Source of the DNA: Balanoglossus misakiensis
Taxonomy: Eukaryota > Animalia > Hemichordata
Reading direction: 5' to 3'
Assembly (NCBI GenBank): GCA_040954595.2
Contig: CM082578.2
Location: 10,485,166 to 10,549,165, forward strand
DNA: 64,000 nucleotides
The position numbers were made by a program, and so were the translations under genes. This document shows, piece by piece, positions 1 to 16,206 of the stretch. The notes below the pieces were generated by a model. That model made no database searches. It worked only from the letters and a program-made list of their open reading frames with translations, and had not been told where the DNA came from. Position 1 is the stretch's first letter; each line of letters starts with the position of its first letter.

Positions 1-192
1 AAGGTCGATGGCAAGCCCGCCTCCGCTCAGTCACGTGAGAAGCTCATTCAAGATTTGAAGGCAGAGCTACAAGCCGACCCGGAAGTAAACAGGACTCTGT
101 ACTATGACGTGAAGATCTACGAGAAAGCGCGAGAAATTTTCGAAGAACAGAAGAAACAGTACTTCTCCATAACAGGGTTAAAAAATAAATAA
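1..192 (+). CDS. 3' end of a sulfotransferase paralog (copy 1, truncated by window start)
   Basis: Frame 1 reads KVDGKPASAQSREKLIQDLKAELQADPEVNRTLYYDVKIYEKAREIFEEQKKQYFSITGLKNK* (TAA 190-192). This matches the C-terminal 'ADPEV..ALYYD..IY.KA.EIF..QK' motif of the three complete paralogs downstream. Confidence 0.85.
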   Translation, partial: KVDGKPASAQSREKLIQDLKAELQADPEVNRTLYYDVKIYEKAREIFEEQKKQYFSITGLKNK

Positions 193-1107
193 ATTGTTTT
201 TGAATTAAAGTGAACTATCGTGTCGACGTCATTTATATTTGTACACGCACTAGCTGTAAGTTATTATTCTACTTTATTTACCGTAAAGTCTCGTGAGCTG
301 CGTTTTTACGGAAGTTCAATATACCGGATATTTTACCCTTTCTACCTCAACAACTTTTTTTCAGCTATATCAGCCTGTGAATTGTCATTGCCAAGATCAC
401 AACTTGTCATGGTAAGCTGTGGCCAATTTTGCGTAGAGAATGTATAATGTGGTGGCTTAGCAGATATTTGGCACGCTACACCAAAATATCATAACAAATC
501 CGTGTGTACTCATATTCCGTGACACTATGGCTGATATTTACTATATGGTACCTCGTAATAGTCAACATTGTGTCATGCGCAGGTGTTCTCGTCACGTTCC
601 TTTCGGAAACCTTTATGCTTACACTAATGAAACACCACACAAGCCTATAGTTAAACTTCTGTTGATTCACAAGAGGTGCCCCAGCGAAACACAGGGTAAA
701 TTTACATGTAATGCAGTCAAACTGTCCATAACCTGTTTTTACTGAAATGTCTTCACTTCTCGCCCAGCAAGCCCCATAAACTAGTACATATACAGTACTA
801 CTAATGAACTAAATCTGGACCACGTGAAGACGACCTGGGTCTTATTGGTTTGTGGACCCATAGACCATAAGAGAATACTTGAACCGGTGATGTAGTACTG
901 TAAACATTGGAGAAATAATCGGAAAGGAATATTATCATGCCACCCCTCTCACTGATACGATCAACTCGTCCTTGTGGCGAGCAACCACGTAGAATTGACG
1001 AAGTGAATTGGTCACTAGTACAACGACGTGTGGGCAAAGTGCAGTGGCTGTCACTGAATGAACGTTTTCAGCGACAGAATGACGGTTGTCTTCACAAGAT
1101 GACCGTA

Positions 1108-2752
1108 TCACCCAAAAAGGGCTTTCTTCTGATCTTCGAATACCTCAGTTGCCTTCTTGAATATCTCAACGTCGTATAGCAAAGCTCGACGCACATCCGG
1201 GCTGGACGCCAACCTCGATGTCAAGGTTCGAATGATGTCCACTTTGCTGTTTTCAGACTCTGCTTGGTCAGTGTACGCCGTTTCGCGGGCGAGAACTCCC
1301 GAGCAGACGTCATAAAAGGGTAGGTCGTAGGTCATCTGGAAAAATTTCAGGGAGGTGTCGAATTCCTCCGTCATCCCGATGACACCGAACCAGTTTTCGA
1401 AATTGCTGAGAATGTACCGGAGGAGGGTGAGCTTCTCGACGTCGGTGAGAGCGTCCTCTAACAACAGTTTGTGTCGGTACCAGCAGGGAAGGGAGGAAAA
1501 ATCTGGGATGACGTCGGTGTCGGTCTTGTTGCGGTAAACTGCCACCAGTTGATCGAACAGCTCTGACCTCATGCATATTTCAGTTGGTCTGAAGAGAAGC
1601 TGCCTGAAGAAGTAGCTACCTTGCTGGATCGCCCACTCCTCCAGCGAGAGCTCGGTTGTGTTCCCAGCTCGACACAGAGGGTCGTCTGCCGTCTTGCAGT
1701 ACTCGTAGCTGGATATGACTCGCTCGTAAGGGTCCCTCAACATGGCGAAATAAGAACAGTCGTCGTCATCGAAATCGTCGCAGATTCCGAAGGAACTCTC
1801 CCCGACGTAGCATTTCCGGTGTTTCGACTTCGAGCCCATCGCGTCCAGGATGTGCTCCGGGCCATTGCCGTCGAAGATGCCGGTGCACCTGTGGATGTTG
1901 CCGCCGTCCGCCATCATTTTCAAGCAAGTTTTGACGCTGCTGCCTCCCGACTTTTGATTGTGTACGAAAACCATGGTGCTAGAGTTGCCGCCGCCAGAAT
2001 CCGACCTCTTTCTGATTCCCCCGTTTACTAACCGATTTGGGGTGTATCGCCTCCGCTGTAGCCACGGATAGCGGGCAGTCAAGTCGATCAGAGTGTTCTC
2101 GTAGCTGGAGTCCCAAACGTCGTGATATCCGTCTTGTTCGACCATTAATTCTATCTCTTCCGCGCGAACCTTGTCGCTGTAGAAAGAGAAAAAAACTGCT
2201 GGTGAGTTCGAAACCAGCTCCGAAGTTAAAATCAATGAACAGTTCGCGAGTATTTTCCAAAAGCGTTCAGTCTGATATTATTCGTCCAATCGTACTGCTG
2301 CGTATAGAGTACTTCTTATTTACCGATTCACGGTCAAGTCTTGTCCAGACATTTCTGACAGATAAGTAGATTTAAAATCAGAATTTGTCTGTGTTATTCT
2401 TTTCAGTGGAACATGCGTTTGCGGTTATCAAAGCCCTGTTCACATCTTACTTTAACATAACAGTGTACATGTACATGTGACATGTACCTGTAAATTTATT
2501 TACTTCAGACAGACCATTCAGACACACGCGAATGGCACCGCAAAAGGAAGAAAACGAATAAACCGGATACAGACGACTGATTCCGACATTTTGGATAATC
2601 GCTTGATCGTCACATTCTTACCGTTCTATGGTGACCGTCAACGACAACACGTAGAGAAAGCACCACATCGCCAGCAGCGGACAGAGAACCAGCGCCAAGG
2701 GCTTCCTACCACGTGACACGTCGCAAATCTGAAAGCCTGTCAGGTTCAACAT
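1108..2752 (-). CDS. Type II membrane (Golgi) sulfotransferase, Sulfotransfer_2 / HS6ST-Gal3ST-like; 2 coding exons (2752-2622, 2176-1108)
   Basis: 5'-PSB motif FVHNQKSGGSS and 3'-PB motif LRDPYERVISSYEY. The upstream exon encodes MLNLTGFQICDVSRGRKPLALVLCPLLAMWCFLYVLSLTVTIER (signal anchor) and ends CG|GTAAG at 2622. Acceptor TTTCTCTTTCTACAG|C at 2176; both sides are phase 2 and in frame. The start could alternatively be the ATG at 2905. Confidence 0.85.
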
Positions 2753-3533
2753 TATTTTGGGAACGGTCGCGGGCCGGGGTCGGGGGGGGTTCAAAGCGGG
2801 CTTCGGTTTCAGAAGTGGCGAGATTTTGTCGAACAATTCGCCATCGCCACGATGACTGATTCGTGTCGTCGGATACCTATCGTGAAAATAGGCGGATATC
2901 AACATCGTCGGTTCAAGAGATTATAGCGCACCAGCTGTCATGATGCAAGATGTTGTACATGTATATGCAAATGATGGAGTCTGACAACATGTACGCTGCT
3001 TTTCCGTCGTCCTTGTTTAACGCCTCACAACAACCCCGATCAAAATTGTGAACTTTGGCACGAAACAGCTGCGTCCAACAAAATACACAGCAACGTTTCA
3101 GCGAAGCGGGCATGTGATTTTCGTCACATGACGACGATTCAGGTGGCCTGTGATTTTTTTTCTTTTGTTCAAATGCTCTGAAATTTACACCGGTGTGTGC
3201 GGAACACCGCCCGAGTTTCTAAAACAGGAGTTGCTTTCGTGTTTGCATTACTTGAACCTAGAGTCAAACACGGCGTTTAGGTTGACCGTCTATCGATTTC
3301 ATTGCTGGTACGAATATAGACACATCTTTGATGCATAAGAGATTTTTTCCATCGGGTGATGGAGATTGTTTGGTGATAACAGACAGATCGATCACATCAT
3401 CGTTGCATGCCAGTCTCATCATTTGACCCTCACGACGACAGGCTAGGTTCCTCCCTTCAAGTGCTGCTCATATTTTGCCCACCGGTATGCGGTCGCCGAC
3501 GTGTTTCCTCGGTTGTTGTTATTGACACGTAGC

Positions 3534-5176
3534 ATGATGATGCATCGCTGCTGGGCTCAGCGCGTCCATCTCTCGGGCATCATAGCGGGCCTGGTTTGCT
3601 GTTCCGTCGTTGCTACGTTTCTACTAGTCTCCTCTGCCCACAGGTAAGAACACCACCGCCAGCTATGATCCTAGTGTAGTACATAACTTCTCTCGCCAGT
3701 AAATACTGCATGCAGTTATGGTACTATAAGTATACCAGATGGTGCAAGACGAGTCATTCGTGCAACCTATATACGAGCAGCTTAAATAATCGCCGGGAAA
3801 ATTAACCTAAATCGCCGTGCTGTGAGCATTTCATCGAAGATAATGTTCCATGACTAGCTGATTTAAGAACGCAATCATAAAGATTTTCATATTGTATTTC
3901 TTCGTGACAAGAGTACGGCAGGCAGCTCATGCTCAGCAGCCGTGCTATCAGTTGTGGGCATTTAGATTTTGATGGTTTAATTTGTTAACTTCACAGAAAA
4001 GGTGACGTCCACGAAGGTGTGAGAGATCAGATATTCGCTCTGTACCCCTGGAATGACAGCACGACCATCTTGTCACCGTTCTTGACAGATAGGAATGAAA
4101 ATTTGAGCAGTCCTAGTCACGTGTCTAGCAATGTGGATACCGACGCGACCGTTAGGCTGAAAACGCTTGAGGATGTCTTGCAGAGGTTTCCATGGGTACA
4201 AAGGCGGCGGTATACGCCGAATCACTATACATTCGGTCGCCATGGAAAGGGCGACCCGCCAAAAAGTTACAGAAATCACAGTATTGTGTTTCTGCACAAC
4301 CACAAAGCGGGCGGCACGACTATGAAGTTGTGTCTGAAAAGGATCATTCAGGCCAAGTCCCTCCCACCCTTCTACGGGCTCTGGAACGATAACGTGGTGC
4401 AGGCGATCGAAACAGCTAGGACACTGGAAAAGAAGGCGAAGCTTTACGTCACGCCCTACGCTTTCGGGCTGTGCGATGCCGTAGACGACCCCTACTGCGC
4501 GTATTTCACCGTGCTGAGGGACCCTTACGACAGAGTGGTGTCCTCGTACGAGTACTGCAAGAAATCGCGGGCGGACCCGCACTGCGCCGCCAGCGACGCC
4601 AGGAAGCTAACCCTCAAGGAGTGGGCGTTGCACCAAGGAAGTTACTTCTTCAGGCAGCTGCAGTTCAACCCGGAGGACATCTGCTCCGATTCAACTCGCA
4701 GAAAACGGGTCGTCAAGCTGGTCGACAAGGATAACTACATCGGCCGAAAGAGGAACCGTCCGCCATGTTGGTACAGACACAAACTTCTACTAGACGACGT
4801 TCTGGACAGGCGCGAAAAACACCTGTTGCTCCAGTTCATGCTGGACAATCTGGAAAAATGGTTTACGGTCATCGGAATCACGGAGGAGTACGACACGACT
4901 CTGAGGCTGCTCCAGACTGTGTTCAAACTCCCTTTTTACAGACTGTGTTCCGGGTTGGTCGAACAAGCAACGATGTACAGCCGAGGCAAGCAGACGAATT
5001 TGTCGAAACTGGAGATAATGAAGAAACAGAGGCGGGAAATCGAAGCCGATCCCGAAGTGTTCGAAGCACTGTACTATGATATCATGATTTATCAAAAAGC
5101 CGTTGAAATATTCAACGCGCAGAAGAGATTTTATTTCCAGGAAGTTGTATCAACTTTACAGAAAAGTCGTCAATAA
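3534..5176 (+). CDS. Type II membrane sulfotransferase paralog; 2 coding exons (3534-3643, 3997-5176)
   Basis: FLHNHKAGGTT and LRDPYDRVVSSYEY PAPS-binding motifs. Exon 1 MMMHRCWAQRVHLSGIIAGLVCCSVVATFLLVSSAHR (TM) ends AG|GTAAG at 3643. Acceptor CTTCACAG|A at 3997 restores the frame of the 4019-5176 ORF (phase 2). Confidence 0.88.
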
Positions 5177-6379
5177 TAAATTAAAGATGATCCCAAAGGA
5201 GAATCTTATACACCTGTTGTTGTTGTTTTTTCTTGAAAAAAAACTCTATCGTTTTGTCGTTCTTATCTCTCTAATAGTTCGCGGTAACTAACATGCAATT
5301 AATAACTTAATTAATTAATTAATTCGTGAAGTGGCTTAACTTCCATGTGTGATAGCCAACTTTCAGAGCCACGTTTCATTACTAAGTAAAGCTGATCTCC
5401 GCAGTCCGACCACAGCTTGAGTGAGTTGCATATTCATGATATTACAATTTCCAGGAAATGCTACTGAATCGCGGGGGTACTGAATACAGACATAAGTCAC
5501 GGTGTTACCAGGACAATGACCTGAGGGGAATGATGATGCAGAGGATTATGTGTGACGTCACTCGATCCCACTCTCCGCATGCAACGTGGGTGAACTTTGA
5601 CCGATGCATTTAGTTATTAATAGATCAAATTGTTGGCTCACGCATTAAAATTTTCATAATTCCATTCAGAGGTAAAATATTTCCACCATGAAAATGATCT
5701 GGTTGATCAAATAAATTAAATTATCAGGAACCATACCCCTTCTGTAAAAGCTTTATTAGAATATGCGGGTTGCGCGACAACTATGTCAATATCAGATTTG
5801 CTAAAATCAGTGTTCGAAATCGAATAGCAAATATTCAATGCGTTCGCCTCATGAATATCAAAGGCTGAGGAATGGTGGGCAATAAATAGACCGAGATGTA
5901 ACAGATGCACCATTTCAGAAAATTGATGTTTCCGTTTTATAAAAAAAATGAAACTGACACGGAACCGGAAAATCAATATTACAGAATTCAGATTGCAACA
6001 ATCATGTAATGGACATAGAGTTTGACATTGAATTGAGTGATCTTATCTGTGGCCCAACAAATTAAACCTTTTCGTCTTTGGCATAATTTACGCTTTGAAA
6101 ATGGCTTAGTGAAATGTTTTATGCAATATTTGATATCAGAAAGTGACACAATCGCGGTATAAACAACGAAATTTCCAAGTCGCACAATTCAACGGTTCTG
6201 TTGCTGTCGGTGATTTGATAATCTAGTTTTAACAACTCAGTGAATAATAAAATACATTATGATAAAAAGTGGCCGTGTTTTGTAACTACACTGACTCTTT
6301 TGCATAATCCGCATCCCCTGCACCAGCTTGTGTTTACTTCCACCGGTCTAGCTGGTGACGACACACTTGAAGACCAAAT

Positions 6380-8378
6380 ATGGCGTACGGTAGGTGGAGG
6401 AGGTCAACCAAGTGCACTGTTCTCGCGGTTCTCGTCGGCGTCTGGTGTTCCATCGGCTTCTTCTCTTTCTTCAACTCGACCTGGAGGTAAGAAAGGTATT
6501 TGCGCGTCGCTAGGCAACGCGAGGAGGGTCATCCGCGTGACGTACCCCCGCTGGTTGCCCGCGCTCATGTGTGCAATGAAATACATCGCGATCCCACGTC
6601 AGCTGGGACGGTGGCTGTCAGCCCGAAGTTAAAATCACAAATTTAACAATTCCACATTTCACTGCAGTCGACAGCCCTCTTGATAATAAACCGCAATTTT
6701 CCTTATTGATGATAGCTGTATGTGCAAGTAGTTTGTCCGAAGAAAACGTACATCCCGTGGATTTCACTGGTAACAGTGAACAAACTCTAATATAAACCCC
6801 TCTTGTGATATCAGACCTAACCTACGGTCCGAAGTTTCGACAGTACAAGCAAATAGTTACGTCAAAATTTCTCACATTTATTTTAGTTATGGTATTATTT
6901 TACGCTATAAAATATTACGCGTAATAAACCTTATCTATTACAAATGGTAAAAGGTAAATTTTGAGAGAATATCTAGTTGACATAGGCCTAGGCCTACATC
7001 AGCAATAAAGCCGAAGTCAACATTTTTATGTCAGTATGTGCGTGTTAAACCTTTACTGACACCTGACACAACATAAAATAGTTGATGTTTCCGGTGACAT
7101 GATTGACCTTGATGATGGTGATAATGATGATCATGGTGGTGGTGGTGGTGGTGGTGGTGGTGGTGATGATGTAAATTCAAATTTACGTCGTTTGACTATA
7201 ATACGGGTTTGCTCGATTAACAGCTAGATGCATTATTTCGTCATGTCACCAGGGCACCCAATAAAGCGAACCAGTACCACGTCAGGAATGAACTGCAGAC
7301 ATCACTTCACGGGAAGCAGCGAATCTGGGAACACCTGCAGAAAGTGGAGAGCGGGAAGATGGCGTCGCTGGTGGAAGAGTACCCCTGGCTGAGGCGAAAG
7401 AACTTCATCCCCAACTACTACACCAAGAGGGAGTGGGTGGACACGTCGACAACGTCCGCCAAAGCGGACAGCAACTTCACCATCGTGTTCGTGCACAACC
7501 AGAAGTCCGGCGGGACGAGCATCAAGGAATGCATCGACAGGATAACGACCAACATGTCCATGCCGACCTACTTGGGGATCTACGACGACATCAGGCCGAA
7601 GCGCACCGTGGCCGACGTGATCGAGCGGATAGAGCAGATGGCCAAGGCGCGGGCTACCAACCTGCCGAGGTTCTTCGTCAGCGAGAACACGTTCGGCCTG
7701 TGCGACGTGCTGGAGGACCGACCGTGCTCGTATTTCACCATGATGAGGGACCCGTACGAGCGCATCGTCTCGTCGTTCCAGTTCTGCAGGTACCAGCTGG
7801 ACGACCCGCTGTGCTGCGCCACGGACGCCAGGTTCATGACGGTCAAAGAATGGGCGCTGCACCAGGGTAGCTATTTCTTCCGGCAGCTGCAGTTCAACAC
7901 CCCGGGCGTGTGCTCGCAGCCCGCTTTCCGGGAGCTGATTCGACCGAAGATGGACAGACTCACTTACAAGGGGAGGGACGTCAACAAACCACCTTGCTGG
8001 TATCGCCACAAGGTAGTGCTCGACAGCATGGCGGACAGCGACAAAGAGGCGATTTTGGAGTACCTCCTGGCCAACTTGGAAAATTGGTTTAGCGTGGTTG
8101 GAATCACCGAGCAATTCGACGACTTTCTGAAACTTTTACAGCACACGTACGGGCTACCTTTTCACACTGGATGCACGGGGCACTTAGCGATGAAAACCGA
8201 ATACTCATCATGGCTACAAGGAAAGACGCGGTCCGAATTAATGAAATTTCGCAAACAAGAACTCATGGAGGACAAGGAAGTCCAACGCGCACTGTACTAC
8301 GATGTGAAAATCTATGAGAAAATCAAAGAAATATACCAGCTTCAGAAGGAACAACTGCAGGCAGAGGGCAAATGGTAG
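6380..8378 (+). CDS. Type II membrane sulfotransferase paralog; 2 coding exons (6380-6486, 7253-8378)
   Basis: FVHNQKSGGTS and MRDPYERIVSSFQF motifs. Exon 1 MAYGRWRRSTKCTVLAVLVGVWCSIGFFSFFNSTWR (basic tail plus TM) ends AG|GTAAG at 6486. Acceptor TCACCAG|G at 7253 is phase 2 and in frame with the 7344-8378 ORF. Confidence 0.88.
7135..7164. repeat. (GGT)10 microsatellite within a GAT/GGT-rich tract, intronic
   Basis: Directly visible trinucleotide run. Confidence 0.9.
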
Positions 8379-10363
8379 AGACACCGCTGGCGCACTGATA
8401 TAACTTTGGGGAGGGGGATACAACTATCAAGACTGGGCAGAAACATTTTTTAGAGGCAGCAGGATATATATGACACCCTTTTCCAAAAGAGCGTCGGCCT
8501 AAATTGGGAACTTCACAAAATATATCGTCAGAAGTTTCTGGCCCTAAATTCCTCTCTAACAAAGATCTTGTGTGCGTATTCAAAGATCTTGCATCAACTT
8601 CAATTTTTCACATTTCCGATGTGCGGAACAGAAACGACTTAACTGTTAGCCCAGTTTGGGATGGACGCAATTCTTCACTCTTAGCCCAGACGACGTGTGA
8701 AGACATGGCCGAATGTCAGGGTCAGGATTCCCATGGATCCATTCTGTGTTTATTTGCCAGCCGATATTCAACATGGACGATTCCATGGTCCACTATCACT
8801 CCACACATGGTCTGAAAGAGACCTTGGCCATTTAAATACCAGGTGTAGTATTTATTCACCCACGTACAATAAAAAAAAACGTGGGTGTTGTTTTACAGAT
8901 ACATGTATAATAAATGCGATATTTTGACGATTTTGTGTCTCCTTCGTTTGTCCCTTGTTCGCGTAGTCTTGCTCCAAAAAATCTTGAGTGTGACCAAAAA
9001 TAATTAAAAATGTTCTGTCCCATAAATTTTCGGGAGGAGAGACCAGCTGTATAGTAAAACTTTGGCATAAGTACAAAGCCTGCATTCCATCCGCCTTGAA
9101 AATATCTACAGTATATCACTGGCCGCAGTTATTGTCTGTCTTAGTACTCCTTACTGATGCATATGTTTAATTACCTAAGAGTCTTGCATCAATGTTTTCC
9201 TATATTTTACACACTAAAACAACTGCATTCCTCTACCGAAAGTGGGAGTGACTGACGAGCTGAAGAGAGCATGCAGGTGGTAAACAGCGCCACCAGTGGC
9301 CAAAAGTAATTAATTGTCAAGAGCATTTCTTCGCCTGAAATTTCCAAATATCACCAGGCCCGTTATCCATGAATTTTGGTACTATAAAATAACTGACACA
9401 GATCAGGTCATTCAGAATACTGGTATGAAGATTTTGTCAGTTGGTATAACAAGGTATATTACACTAATTGGTAGTAAAGATTAATATTCATTGAGTGTTT
9501 CAGGCAAAATTTACTTCATCAAATATAATAATACATAACCATCTGCATTAGCTATTCTCTACACCATTCTTGTACATTCATCTTTTTTTCTCTCTTGTTC
9601 CAAACAAAATGCAGATCTAAACAACATGTAGCATTTTCTATCAGAACCACATTATGTACAATGTGGTGAGGCCAAAAAAAGAACATAAATTGTGTGGTTT
9701 CAGTCATGTTTGAAAGAAATATGGCAGGTCAGTCAGTTAACACAAACATATCTGTAAGTTTCTTTGATGTACAAGAGGGAAAAAGATTCTGGCCATCTTC
9801 TAAAAAGGCAAGATTGCAACACCAACGTCCACTCTTTTAAACAAAACTGAAACCACTCTATATTTATGCCTGGCTTTTTAAATAAAACAAACTGCACTTT
9901 CCCTGATTTAAATCCAAACATTCGTTTTTAAAACCTCTGTTATTTTTCGCTGCTGATTTTGTAAAACCTATCTTACAAATTAGTAATGACTGGAACACAC
10001 ACAGACACACGTGTACAAATTTGTACAGCTGTACCCCGGGCACATCAAGGGATAGACAAAACAATTCCTATACATTGGCATTCAAAAACCGTGGACGCAG
10101 CGTTGTGGTGAAACATTGATATATATATATACCCCAGTTATGGCTGGCTCACAATGGATATCTCTCCCAGGATGCTTCAGTGATGTGTGACTGACTATGA
10201 ATGTGGTGGATGTGGCACGTTATTTGTTGTTGTTGTTTAATTTCTCCTTTGGGTATTTCTTTTCTGTCACAATGTTCTGTGCTCTTCACTGGCTTTTGGC
10301 ACCACTGAGAAAGGCATCCATGGATATTTGAGGGAAAAAAGACACTTGTTGCAGCTGAGATGT

Positions 10364-14097
<3,734 letters not shown>

Positions 14098-14110
14098 CTT
14101 TATTGTGTTT

Positions 14111-14143
14111 CCAAAATGGCTGCCTCCATTGAGCGCATGCGCA
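14111..14143. promoter_or_regulatory. DLD proximal promoter motifs: YY1-like (CCAAAATGGCTGCC, 14111-14124) and NRF1 palindrome (GCGCATGCGCA, 14133-14143)
   Basis: Consensus matches 14-46 bp upstream of the DLD ATG. NRF1 and YY1 are typical of nuclear-encoded mitochondrial genes. Confidence 0.6.
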
Positions 14144-14384
14144 TTCATTTCTGAAAACGAAGGACACCTAACTTCTTAAATAATCAATAGAGGTCGCCAC
14201 CAACTGTTTTATATGCTGTGAATCAAATGCAGTGAATCAATCCTTTTTTACTCCCTGGAAAAGTTTTAAATGAAGGCTTACTGATTTGGACCCTAAATTT
14301 TAATGTCTTTGTTTTTTTCTGCTTTGGTCTTATCATCTACTAACTTGGGAGATAATTGGGTGCGAAGTTGTGCGACTTCAAACA

Positions 14385-15038
14385 ACTTATAAAGTCTAAA
14401 AATTCAAAAAAACTCGTCCACACATATTAAGAGTAAATTTATTGAGGAAACTTCTTCAAATAACTGAAGAGATTCAAAAAGTTGGGTGACTTCACGAATA
14501 TTTCCAACGCTTGGTGGCGACAATTACAATTCCCGAACAGACCTCAATCTCTTTGCCTACCAGGTGCAATCTGTCTGGCAATGTAGACGCGTTTTCTATA
14601 TATAAATGTATTTAAATTATGTGAACGGGCGTCTTGTAAATGCAATCGAGGTCACTTTTGGCTAATTGGTTCTGATTGGTCTGTTTATGAGCACAACCGA
14701 AACAGGTAGACCACAGCACTTGTGATTGGTCAATGAGGCTCTGCACTCCTGGAACAGGTGTGCAACGTAGACGCTCCAATTTACGTTGACCCGGACGTTG
14801 ACCTAATTCAAGACGCCCGTTCACAAAATTTAAATATATTGCAGACAGATTGCACCTGGTGGGCAAAGAGATTGAGGTCTGTTCGGGAATTGTAAATGTC
14901 GCCTCCAAGCGTTGGAATATTTCATGACTTCACCCAACTTTTTTTAGAACTGAAGGTAGCAGTCATTTGAAGAAGTTTGCTTAATAAATTTAACTTTTAT
15001 GTGTGGACGATTTTTGTTGATTTTTTAAAAACTTAATA
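14385..15038. repeat. Long imperfect inverted repeat (foldback/MITE-like); arms ~14385-14636 and ~14809-15038, spacer ~170 bp
   Basis: Left arm ...CCAACGCTTGGTGGCGACAATTACAATTCCCGAACAGACCTCAATCTCTTTGCCTACCAGGTGCAATCTGTCTG...GTGAACGGGCGTCTTG is the reverse complement of right arm CAAGACGCCCGTTCAC...CAGACAGATTGCACCTGGTGGGCAAAGAGATTGAGGTCTGTTCGGGAATTGTAAATGTCGCCTCCAAGCGTTGG..., with a few mismatches and one ~20-bp indel. Confidence 0.9.
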
Positions 15039-16077
15039 ATATCCTATTTATTTGACGTTTTAGGCCTACCTGGTGAATAAAATAACTCAAGACTGCCACG
15101 CACGAGAGAAAATAGTTGCGCAATATTTATTGGTGAACTAATTAATTGAATACAACTGTTCACATCAAATTTATAAAATTCAAAAGGACATTCACAGCCT
15201 CCGCTAACGACTCAGCATGCGCAAAGGACTGTGGGATCGGCCAAAATTATATCGACAACACCTAAACTAATTTGAGACACCAGTAAAATGAATTCTAAAT
15301 GAATAAAACATAATTTTGACTGGAACAGACCCCATAGTACTATATATTGACAGTTGATTTTTTTTGAATCTGTATAGAATATAAGTTATTTAGAGGTTTA
15401 CGTTGCTACCCCCACTGCATAAATCTGCCCCCGGTTACCATGGTCACGGATGGTGTTGTCAGCGAATCCTGGTGAACGAGTATTCATTTTTGAAGCGTCT
15501 GTCTACACAGTACACTGTTTTGAAGACAGCACCATGAACATTTGTTTGTGTTAAAAGTTTCCACATATTTTTGGGTGGCAAGCCGCAAAGAGATCACTCA
15601 ATCCGGGCTGGCTGAAAGTTTTTGACGAGGGCGCCGTTTACATTACACTTTCAGTTCGCAAATCTGTTGAGTTTCTCATGATAGTTGATTGGACCCGAAG
15701 ACTGCAAGGTCAATATTTCTTGTTAAGTGTCATGTGAAACCGGGCATGAAATAGGAATGGTGGCGTTGATGTATATTGCTTTCTTCACTTCTAAAAATCA
15801 CAGGTAAGTTTCCTTAATGTTAAATCTCCGAACTTTCTAAAATAATCAAATAAAAAGTACAAGCTTTCCTTCAGTACATGTATTCCGAATGTTCGGCTTT
15901 TATCGTTGGGTGCCGCAAAGTTTATGATTTGCAATAAATTTGTGTGATTTCTGGTCGTTGTGCAACCGATTTCCGCGTGATCTTTCATCTCCAGCTCTTC
16001 CTTTGCCTTTGGGGTTATTATAAACAATGACGTCACCACTTTACCAAATTTCTCACGACCGCAATCAATGGGTTTAG

Positions 16078-16206
16078 ACTTCCGGTTACTTACGAATGGG
16101 GAAAGGGACCACTCAGCGTTACGTTATCGATCACGGTCATGACGGTACGCGTACGCTTAGTTTGAAAAAGCCTGACAGAGTTTAATGTGCCTGTTATTTG
16201 GTGAGT
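16078..16206 (+). promoter_or_regulatory. Probable promoter and non-coding first exon of the RTK gene
   Basis: CpG-rich patch with an ETS motif ACTTCCGGT (16078) and donor TTG|GTGAGT at 16200/16201. The coding exon starts at acceptor TTAG|GTGCGCAAAATG (17665), so an upstream UTR exon is required. Confidence 0.4.

Noticed and set aside
1310-8146. Numerous overlapping or antisense ORFs over the sulfotransferase exons (e.g. 7302-8114 -, 4073-4582 -)
   Set aside because: By-products of GC3-rich codon usage on the true strand; no recognisable domains.
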